A stretch of DNA of 64,000 bases from Bacteroidia bacterium (lineage in GTDB: Bacteria > Bacteroidota > Bacteroidia > NS11-12g > UBA9320), in NCBI GenBank assembly GCA_965216465.1, contig CBDCFW010000006.1, positions 960,001-1,024,000 of the forward strand, given 5' to 3'. Below the pieces are notes generated by a model. That model was not told the DNA's origin. It worked only from the letters and a program-made list of their open reading frames with translations, and searched no databases. The position numbers were made by a program, and so were the translations under genes. Of this stretch, positions 56,289-64,000 are shown one piece after another; the stretch's first letter is position 1, and each line of letters starts with the position of its first letter.

Positions 56289-57692
56289 ATGGAATACAGA
56301 ATAGAAAAAGACAGTATTGGAGAGGTAAAAGTGCCTGCAGAAAGATACTGGGCTGCGCAAACCCAAAGGTCATTAGAAAACTTCAAAATTGGTAATCAGC
56401 GTATGCCAATTGAAATCATAAGAGCATTCGGAGTATTGAAAAAATGTGCTGCGATGACAAATCATGAATTAGGAGTGCTTGCAGAAGATAAGATGAAACT
56501 TATTTCAGCAGTTTGTGATGAAATTATTGAAGGTAAACTTGATGACGAATTTCCGTTGGTAATTTGGCAAACAGGAAGCGGTACCCAAAGCAACATGAAC
56601 GTAAATGAGGTAATCGCTAATCGCGGTCATGTATTAAACGGAGGGAAACTAAGTGATGCAGAAAAAGTATTACATCCTAACGATGATGTAAACAAATCGC
56701 AAAGTAGTAACGATACATTTCCAACAGCAATGACTATTGCCGTTTACAAACAAATGGTTGATTTTGCTATTCCAGGTCTACAAGTATTGAAAGATACCTT
56801 TAAGAAAAAGGCAAGGGACTTTAAGGATGTAGTTAAGATTGGAAGAACTCACTTTATGGATGCAACTCCATTAACGTTGGGTCAAGAATTCTCAGGTTAC
56901 AGAAGACAACTCGAATTAAGTATTAAAGCACTTGAAAAAGCTATGGATACGGCAACTGAGCTTGCACTTGGTGGCACAGCAGTAGGAACTGGCCTGAATA
57001 CACCAAAAGGATATTCTGAAATGGTTGCTGATAAGATAGCAAGAGAAATGGCAATGCCATTCAGAACAGCTGAAAACAAATTTGAAGCATTGGCTGCTCA
57101 CGACGCTATGGTTGAGCTTCATGGTGCTTTAAAGAGAGCTGCAGTGAGCTGCATGAAGATTGGAAACGATATTCGAATGCTGAGCTCTGGTCCTCGAAGT
57201 GGTATTGGTGAAATCATTATCCCAAGCAACGAACCAGGATCTTCTATTATGCCAGGTAAAGTAAACCCAACTCAAGCCGAAGCTCTAACCATGGTTTGTG
57301 CTCAAGTAATGGGTAATGATGTTGCAGTTTCAGTTGGAGGTAGTAATGGTCATTTTGAATTGAATGTATTTAAACCGATGATCGCAACCAACCTACTACA
57401 ATCAGCGAGAATATTAGGTCAAGCGTGTTTATCATTTAACAACAACTGTGTTGTTGGCATTGAACCAAATCACGCAGAGATTAAAAACAAATTGGATAAT
57501 TCGTTGATGTTGGTTACAGCTTTAAATACCCATATTGGTTATGACAAAGCCGCCAAAATTGCTAAGAAAGCATACAATGATAATTCTACTTTAAAGGCAG
57601 CTGCTCTTGAATTAGAGTACTTAACTGAAGAAGAATTTGATGCTTGGGTTAAACCAGAAGACATGTGTGGAGATACAGAATTAGGATTCTAA
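56289..57692 (+). CDS. fumC: Fumarate hydratase class II
   Basis: [31 protein letters not shown]. Confidence 0.97.
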   Translation: MEYRIEKDSIGEVKVPAERYWAAQTQRSLENFKIGNQRMPIEIIRAFGVLKKCAAMTNHELGVLAEDKMKLISAVCDEIIEGKLDDEFPLVIWQTGSGTQSNMNVNEVIANRGHVLNGGKLSDAEKVLHPNDDVNKSQSSNDTFPTAMTIAVYKQMVDFAIPGLQVLKDTFKKKARDFKDVVKIGRTHFMDATPLTLGQEFSGYRRQLELSIKALEKAMDTATELALGGTAVGTGLNTPKGYSEMVADKIAREMAMPFRTAENKFEALAAHDAMVELHGALKRAAVSCMKIGNDIRMLSSGPRSGIGEIIIPSNEPGSSIMPGKVNPTQAEALTMVCAQVMGNDVAVSVGGSNGHFELNVFKPMIATNLLQSARILGQACLSFNNNCVVGIEPNHAEIKNKLDNSLMLVTALNTHIGYDKAAKIAKKAYNDNSTLKAAALELEYLTEEEFDAWVKPEDMCGDTELGF

Positions 57693-57713
57693 TTTTTACA
57701 AACGAAATAAACC

Positions 57714-57744
57714 AAAAAAGGATCGCCTAGGCAATCCTTTTTTT
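57714..57744. terminator. Bidirectional intrinsic terminator
   Basis: aaaaaaggatcgcc-ta-ggcaatccttttttt between convergent fumC and fhs. Confidence 0.8.
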
Positions 57745-57765
57745 ATGAATAAAATTTTATAAAGT

Positions 57766-59433
57766 TTATGACAATCCGGTAATCGTACCGTTGTTGTCAA
57801 TGTCCATTCCTTCAGATGCAGGTACAGTAGGTAGACCTGGCATACGCATCATGTTGCCTAGAATAGGAATTAAGAATCCTGCTCCTGCAGCAATCTCAAA
57901 TTCTCTTACTGTAATTCTGAATCCTTCAGGTCTTCCAACTAACTTGTCGTTATCTGAGAATGATTTTTGTGTTTTCGCCATACAGATTGGTAGGTGGTTA
58001 AGCCCAAGTTTGTCAATTGTTCTCAACCCTCTTTTTGCTGCGGCTGCAAAATCCACCCCCTCTGCACCATAAATTTCGCGTGCAATAGTTTCGATTTTTT
58101 CAATAACAGAACTGTTCCAGTCGTACAATTTGTGAAAATCGCTTTTCCCACTTTCAACGGCATCAACAACGGCTTGAGCTAGATCTTGTGTGCCGTTTCC
58201 TCCTTCTGCCCATCCTTTGCTTAGAACAGCTTTAACGCCAATGGAAGCGCATTTTTCAATTAGCCAATCAATTTCTTCCTGGCTATCAGTATGGAAGTTG
58301 TTTACAGCAACAACCCGCTCCAAGCCAAATTTAGCCATGTTTTCTATATGCTTTTCAAGGTTTGCGAATCCTTTTTGAACACGCTCTAAGCTTGGGGTGT
58401 TGTATTCTTCTTTTGGTGACCCTCCGTGGTGACGAAGTGCTCTAATGGTTGCTACTATTACAACAGCTTTTGGTTTTAAGTTGCCATAACCGCATTTAAT
58501 ATCTAAGAATTTCTCAGCCCCTAAGTCTGCACCGAAACCAGCCTCGGTTACTACATAATCAGAAAGCGACATACCCATTTTAGTAGCGATAATGGTGTTC
58601 GTTCCTTGAGCGATGTTCGCAAATGGTCCACCGTGAATAATTGCCGGGTTATGCTCTAAAGTTTGCACCAAGTTTGGCTTGATTGCATCCTTCAATAAAA
58701 GCGTCATTGCATTTTCTGCGTTTAGATCTCTTGCATATACCGGTTTTCTATCGTAAGTATACCCAACAAAGATGTTTCCTAATTTTTCCTTAAGGTCAGC
58801 AATATCTTTTGCCATACATAAGATTGCCATAACTTCACTAGCAGCAGTGATATTGAATCCATCCTGTCTAGGAATTCCATTTGCAGTGCCCCCTAAACCA
58901 ATGGTAATGTCTCTTAATGCACGGTCGTTCATATCAATAACACGCTTCCATAGAATGGTACGCGGGTCAATATTCAAACTTCTTGTTTTGCTTTGAAGGT
59001 TGTTGTCGATCAATGCTGCAAGAAGGTTATTAGCTTTTTCAATCGCTCCAAAGTCTCCAGTAAAGTGAAGGTTGATATCTTCCATTGGAACAACTTGAGA
59101 ATGACCTCCTCCTGCTGCACCACCTTTAATACCAAAAACAGGTCCTAGTGATGGCTCTCTTAATACAACTAAAGATTGCTTTCCAATTTTGTTAAGACCT
59201 TCATTCAACCCGATTGATACAGTTGTTTTTCCTTCTCCTGCCGGAGTTGGAGTTAAAGCGGTTACAAGTACCAAATTGCTTTTAGCAATCTTGTCCTCAT
59301 TAATAAGTTCTAAAGGAAGCTTTGCCTTATACTTACCATACTGCTCAATGTCGTTTGATGAGATGTTTACTTTAGCAGCGATATCATTGATATGCTGCAT
59401 TTCGACTTGTTGTGCGATTTCTAAATCAGTCAT
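57766..59433 (-). CDS. fhs: Formate--tetrahydrofolate ligase
   Basis: TPTPAGEGKTT, GIKGGAAGGG, HGGPFANIA, TEAGFGADLG. Confidence 0.97.
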   Translation of the reverse strand: MTDLEIAQQVEMQHINDIAAKVNISSNDIEQYGKYKAKLPLELINEDKIAKSNLVLVTALTPTPAGEGKTTVSIGLNEGLNKIGKQSLVVLREPSLGPVFGIKGGAAGGGHSQVVPMEDINLHFTGDFGAIEKANNLLAALIDNNLQSKTRSLNIDPRTILWKRVIDMNDRALRDITIGLGGTANGIPRQDGFNITAASEVMAILCMAKDIADLKEKLGNIFVGYTYDRKPVYARDLNAENAMTLLLKDAIKPNLVQTLEHNPAIIHGGPFANIAQGTNTIIATKMGMSLSDYVVTEAGFGADLGAEKFLDIKCGYGNLKPKAVVIVATIRALRHHGGSPKEEYNTPSLERVQKGFANLEKHIENMAKFGLERVVAVNNFHTDSQEEIDWLIEKCASIGVKAVLSKGWAEGGNGTQDLAQAVVDAVESGKSDFHKLYDWNSSVIEKIETIAREIYGAEGVDFAAAAKRGLRTIDKLGLNHLPICMAKTQKSFSDNDKLVGRPEGFRITVREFEIAAGAGFLIPILGNMMRMPGLPTVPASEGMDIDNNGTITGLS

Positions 59434-59519
59434 AAAATTTCCAGTTGCGGGCGACGAATATAACCAAAGCGGTTATTTGACTGAAATTTTCGCGGCACAA
59501 TTTCTATATATTTGAACGG

Positions 59520-60219
59520 ATGCGAAAGAGTATATTCCTGATTGGCGTTTGGGCATTTATATCAGCTTGTAACTCCAATTCTTCTCTCAACCAAAAAAAC
59601 AATGGACGATAATAATGCAGATACCATTTCCTACCTTGCCTTGGGAGATAGCTATACTATTGGAACAGAAATAGCCTTTAGCGAAAACTACCCAAGTCAA
59701 ATTGCTCAGGCCCTTAAAGACAGCTTGAATGCAGAGGTTGACTTGAAAGTAATTGCACAAAATGCATGGAGGGCCGACGACCTAAAACGTGCCATTAAAA
59801 GAGCAACACTAAAAGACCAATATGATTTAGTGACTCTATTGATAGGAGTAAATAATCAATACCAAGGATGGGATGTTAAAGATTTTAAACCGGAGTTTTT
59901 AGATCTGCTTGATACAGCGATTCAGTTTGCCAATGGAAATAAAAGCAAGGTTTCGGTATTTTCTATTCCAAATTACGGAGTAACTCCTTTCGGTGCTGAG
60001 AAAAGAGAACAAATCACCTCAGAACTTCAAGTCTACAATCAGGCAATAGACAGTATGTGTCAGTTAATTGGTGTTGATTTTTATGATGTATTCGAGGTTT
60101 CACTTGAAGCGGAAAAAAACCCAGATTTTGTTGCCAAAGATGGATTGCATCCCACCAAGCAGCAATACGCTAAATGGGTAGAGCCTTACCTGAAGGCCAT
60201 CATACAAAAGGCTAAATAA
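59520..60219 (+). CDS. SGNH/GDSL hydrolase lipoprotein with an apparent +1 frameshift at A7 (59593-59599)
   Basis: ALGDSYT, IGVNN, DGLHP; a lipoprotein signal (MRKSIFLIGVWAFISAC) from ATG 59520 joins in frame if one A is removed. Confidence 0.8.
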
Positions 60220-61656
60220 TTACTTTACCTTCTTTTTCTTAATGTCGTAAGCTGCCTTTTTGTTTGACTTTTGATATACCTTCATTTGGCGTTCATTCAT
60301 GTCTTTGGAGGTTTCAATCTTTTTGCCATAAACCTGTACCAGTGAGTCTTGAGCCTCAAGTTCAGGAACTGCATCGTAATAAACCTTATTTTCTTGTAAA
60401 AAGTTCTCATTTGTTTGGTAATAATCATCTGCTCCATCAAAATCACGTTTGTCTACGGAGCGCATAGCCATTTCTTGCAGGTAGTTGCTGTAAAACAACG
60501 CATATTGTCCTTTCACTTCCTTATCAATATTTTCTGCAACAAGATTTACATCACTGGTTAGTTTGGCTGAAACGTTTCTACTTACTACTGCATCATTACC
60601 TCCTGAAGTAACATTTTTGAATGCCAGCTTGGTTGCAATTTCGTAGGTAGGAAGTGTGTTAAATCCTTCGAGAACGACCATAAGTGCCTTAGTGTTTTCT
60701 GAAGATAAATCGCCTAGGTTTACGAGCAAGGCATTATCAGATTGGGTAACACTTCTTTCGTAACCGTAAGTTTGTTTAACCTTTACTCCATTGGGGATAT
60801 CAATATGAAGCATCATGCCTTGAGCAACAACATTTAGCAAGCCATTCATTTCTTCTTCAAAAATGGTAGGTATTTGCGATGGATTTTCAATGAAGTAATA
60901 GTTTCCACTTCCAAACTCGGCCAGGTTCATCATGAGGTTTTCATTATAGTCAAGTCCAACCCCAAAAGTGGAAAGCGAGATGTCGTTGTCAAACTTCATA
61001 TTCTTAGCGATTTCTTGCAACTGGCTTTCGTCTGTGATTCCTTCATTTGCTAGGCCATCTGAGAGTAGAAGTACGCGGTTTACATATTCTTGGTTGTAAG
61101 TTGATTTAACTTCTTGATAGCCGTTTAATAGTCCACCGCTTAAATTAGTAGAACCATCCGCACCAATTCGATTAACCTTACTTCTCAACGCAGCTTTATC
61201 GGTTACCTTTCCAGAATGAACTACCGTCGTAGCTTGGTTGTCATAGGTGATAATTGAGACCAGATCTTCTGAAGTCAAATTATCAATAATAAAATTTGCC
61301 GCACGTCGCACGTAATCAATTTTGTCTCCTTTCATTGACCCGCTTTTATCAAGAACCAAGGCAAGGTTTAAGGGTGCTCTGGTAACATCAGGGTTTTGAT
61401 AAAAACCTGCTTGTATGTCGAGATACAGATAAGATTCTGCTGTGGTACTGGTATAATAAGCATTGTCTAATGTAGCCGAATACTGAATAAGCGAATCAGA
61501 CGAAACTGTAATTTCGTTGTCTCCAGATTTTGGCATTAAACTTTGATTGGTAGAGTTTCCTTCGGAAGCATTAATTGTACACGAAATCAGGAAAAAGGAG
61601 GTGGCAAATAGCGATAAACAGTTCATAGTTATTTTACAACGCATGAACGTTAGCAT
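60220..61656 (-). CDS. vWA-domain lipoprotein
   Basis: Lipobox LISC; MIDAS LDKSGSM, T (GSTNL), LLSDG.AN.G. Confidence 0.88.
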   Translation of the reverse strand: MLTFMRCKITMNCLSLFATSFFLISCTINASEGNSTNQSLMPKSGDNEITVSSDSLIQYSATLDNAYYTSTTAESYLYLDIQAGFYQNPDVTRAPLNLALVLDKSGSMKGDKIDYVRRAANFIIDNLTSEDLVSIITYDNQATTVVHSGKVTDKAALRSKVNRIGADGSTNLSGGLLNGYQEVKSTYNQEYVNRVLLLSDGLANEGITDESQLQEIAKNMKFDNDISLSTFGVGLDYNENLMMNLAEFGSGNYYFIENPSQIPTIFEEEMNGLLNVVAQGMMLHIDIPNGVKVKQTYGYERSVTQSDNALLVNLGDLSSENTKALMVVLEGFNTLPTYEIATKLAFKNVTSGGNDAVVSRNVSAKLTSDVNLVAENIDKEVKGQYALFYSNYLQEMAMRSVDKRDFDGADDYYQTNENFLQENKVYYDAVPELEAQDSLVQVYGKKIETSKDMNERQMKVYQKSNKKAAYDIKKKKVK

Positions 61657-61679
61657 AAAGTATCTTGAATTAACGTGGG

Positions 61680-64000
61680 CTATATTTTAACAAACCTACG
61701 GACTGCTCGTCCATGTTCATTCGACAGAATGATAAAGTATTCTCCGGGAAGCATCGATGAGGTGTTATAATTCCAGGTCGTTGTTTGCTGCCCAGCATCT
61801 AATGTAGAAGTATGAAGCACTTGTCCTGTGATATCTATAATGCTCAAGTTAAGTAAGCCTAAATCTTTTCCATTAATTCTCAATTCAATTGAATTTACAC
61901 TGGGGTTAGGAGAGACTTCCATACCTATGCGCTCTGACAGAGTTTGAACTGAGCGTGTGCTTGTGTCTTTTGGCAATGCTTTTGGGATTTCAACTTCCCA
62001 CAGTCCTCTTCCAAATGTTGCAGCAACGAGTGTTTTCTTACGTTTATCCACCTCAAGTTCAGATACAATGACCTTTGGTAATCCATTGTTCAATGATTTC
62101 CAAGATGTACTGTCTTTATGCATGTAAAATACGCCAAGATCGGTGCCGATAAAGACATATTCAGTTGAATCGTGATGATATTGAATACAGTTCACTGGGA
62201 TGTTAGGTAGGTCGTACGTGATATTAGTCCACGATTGGCCATAGTTAGTGGTATGGTATATCTTTTTGGTTGCATTAAAACCTGAAAATACTAACCAAGC
62301 TTCGTTCGGTTGTTGTTGATTGAGGTCGATGTACGAAGGATATAAATCTCTTGGAAGCGATGACGCCTGATTATTCCAAGTGTTTCCTCCATTTTGTGTT
62401 ATAAGAATTTGATTTTCCACATTTTGACTGTTGTAACCACGTTTACCGAGATACATAATCTCAGCTTCAGAATGTTCGACGTCTAACGCTGTTCCTGGCG
62501 CATTATTAAAGTTGGAGTGAACATCGTTCATATATGCGCTTGTGTAACTATAGACATTTCCGTAGGCTACAAAAATCTGCCCATCGGCTGCTACAAATGG
62601 TGTGGTCCATTCTCCAAATTCTCCTGATGGGGGAGTTATTACTCCTTCATAGTCAAACGAATTTGAGGCAGAGAAGAAGGCATAAATTCGCCCATTTTGT
62701 GAAGAGGTATACCGGTAAAAGGCCTCATCGTCGAAAACTGCTTCCATGCCATCTCCACCAGTAATATTGTAAAATGCTGATCCGGTATGAAATACAGTTG
62801 AATTGTCTTGCGCCCCAGCCATTATCCCGCTGTCTAGAGACTGATTTATTCCTAGTCGATAGAAAGAGGTTATGTTCATCCCCTTGCGATAATGTATCCA
62901 TTCGGTGTTCGTGAACCCTGCTTGCAGGCGATCAACGGTGTCGGTTATTATCTTGTGCGTACGTGAAATTCCTCCATCATGACATACAAAATAAGAGTTG
63001 TTGTCTGGGTGTTGAATAATTTGGTGAATGTCTGCATGAATACTCTTATGTTGATAGTTGAGTGCCCAATAAGACACGGGATCAAAAGAATTTCCGCCAT
63101 CTTTAGTTTGCCAAATATTTACACCTCCCACAGTTACTTTTAACTTATCGTTCTTATCTACTTCAAGTGCTAAGTCATAACGACCTTGGCCTCCGGGTTG
63201 TTGACTAAATCCCCAGTTTAATATGTTGTATTCGTATGTGTTGTCGAGCACTTTAGTAAATGATGTACCAGCATTGGTGGATTGATAAAATCCATAAAAC
63301 CCGCCATCTGTGTCACAAGCTAATGCATAAATGTAATTGTTATCAGAAGGTGCTACCGCAAGTTGAATACGCTGAACAGTTCCGGTTTTGGGGATTGTCG
63401 TTGTTACTTCGGTCCATGTAGCACCAAAATCAGTCGATTTCAAAATACCTGCTTCACCTATTCCATAGGTATGAACATAGCCGGTAGAGGCATAAAGAAT
63501 ACTATCACTATCTGGGTCGCGTTCAAGATCCCAAAATAATTTGCTGCTTGTTTCGGTCCAGGTTAGCCCTCCATTATTTGACCGGTATGCCCCGGTTTGA
63601 CCAACCGCAATTAAGGTATCAGGATTGTTCTTATGAATAAAAACTTTAGCCAAAAGTGAACCTTCAAAATCAGTTTGTTCAAAGGATAATCCCGTGGGTT
63701 GCCAAGTAGCTCCTCCATCCGTAGTCTTGTAAATGCCAAGACCGTAATGTGAGTTTCTTTTGCTTTCATTAGCTTGAAGGTTATGTCCGAGATAAGCATA
63801 GTCTCCTAAAGCAACATACATCGTATTCGGGTTATTTGGATGAATGCTGAGATACGAAGTTCTGAGAACAGGAAGTTTGTTTGAAATTGACGTCCAGCTT
63901 TCTCCTGCATTTGTTGTTTTCCAAACCCCACCTTGAGCCACACAAACAAACCAAGTGTTGCTATCATTCGGGTGAAATTGTACCGCGTTTATTCGACCCA
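61680..64000 (-). CDS. BNR/Asp-box beta-propeller protein with T9SS CTD (5' end outside window)
   Basis: Many (S/T).DGG.TW repeats; C-terminal VSPNPS...PGEYFI...RRFVKI. Confidence 0.88.
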   Translation of the reverse strand, partial: GRINAVQFHPNDSNTWFVCVAQGGVWKTTNAGESWTSISNKLPVLRTSYLSIHPNNPNTMYVALGDYAYLGHNLQANESKRNSHYGLGIYKTTDGGATWQPTGLSFEQTDFEGSLLAKVFIHKNNPDTLIAVGQTGAYRSNNGGLTWTETSSKLFWDLERDPDSDSILYASTGYVHTYGIGEAGILKSTDFGATWTEVTTTIPKTGTVQRIQLAVAPSDNNYIYALACDTDGGFYGFYQSTNAGTSFTKVLDNTYEYNILNWGFSQQPGGQGRYDLALEVDKNDKLKVTVGGVNIWQTKDGGNSFDPVSYWALNYQHKSIHADIHQIIQHPDNNSYFVCHDGGISRTHKIITDTVDRLQAGFTNTEWIHYRKGMNITSFYRLGINQSLDSGIMAGAQDNSTVFHTGSAFYNITGGDGMEAVFDDEAFYRYTSSQNGRIYAFFSASNSFDYEGVITPPSGEFGEWTTPFVAADGQIFVAYGNVYSYTSAYMNDVHSNFNNAPGTALDVEHSEAEIMYLGKRGYNSQNVENQILITQNGGNTWNNQASSLPRDLYPSYIDLNQQQPNEAWLVFSGFNATKKIYHTTNYGQSWTNITYDLPNIPVNCIQYHHDSTEYVFIGTDLGVFYMHKDSTSWKSLNNGLPKVIVSELEVDKRKKTLVAATFGRGLWEVEIPKALPKDTSTRSVQTLSERIGMEVSPNPSVNSIELRINGKDLGLLNLSIIDITGQVLHTSTLDAGQQTTTWNYNTSSMLPGEYFIILSNEHGRAVRRFVKI

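Noticed and set aside
1-64000. CRISPR arrays, rRNA, tRNA, prophage structural genes
   Set aside because: No repeat-spacer periodicity, RNA gene signature or phage morphogenesis gene was seen.

Overview
Bacteroidota chromosome segment (T9SS cargo proteins, TAnnTTTG promoters, typical core genes). Bases ~15.1-64 kb are mostly ordinary housekeeping genes (glmS, metK, beta-oxidation operon, anmK, uvrB, menA/menC, mgtE, rsmA, lpxK, gltX, rnc-fabF-acpP, pyk, fumC, fhs). Bases 1068-15140 are a ~14 kb element integrated into the last codons of glmS by a large serine recombinase. It carries a resolvase, an RHH protein, a Pol-A-superfamily polymerase-like protein, a type I R-M system, an XRE regulator and an R-S-E type ADP-ribosyltransferase-like protein. 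Main result: the element is almost free of the dinucleotide GpC. By manual scan I found 18 GC in ~14 kb (12 outside an internal duplication), where several hundred are expected, and the depletion stops exactly at the att sites. Its nine proteins contain only 2 alanines in ~3,860 residues, with Ala replaced even in conserved motifs. The unpartnered ART is a candidate GpC-directed nucleic-acid toxin to which the element would be immune by sequence composition (inference, untested). Two further oddities: attP lies inside the integrase gene, so integration swaps its C-terminus (663 aa in the circle vs 552 aa integrated), and a 1.7 kb inverted copy of the circle junction with an intact attP sits inside the element (real or assembly artefact). 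All counts are by eye and should be recomputed.
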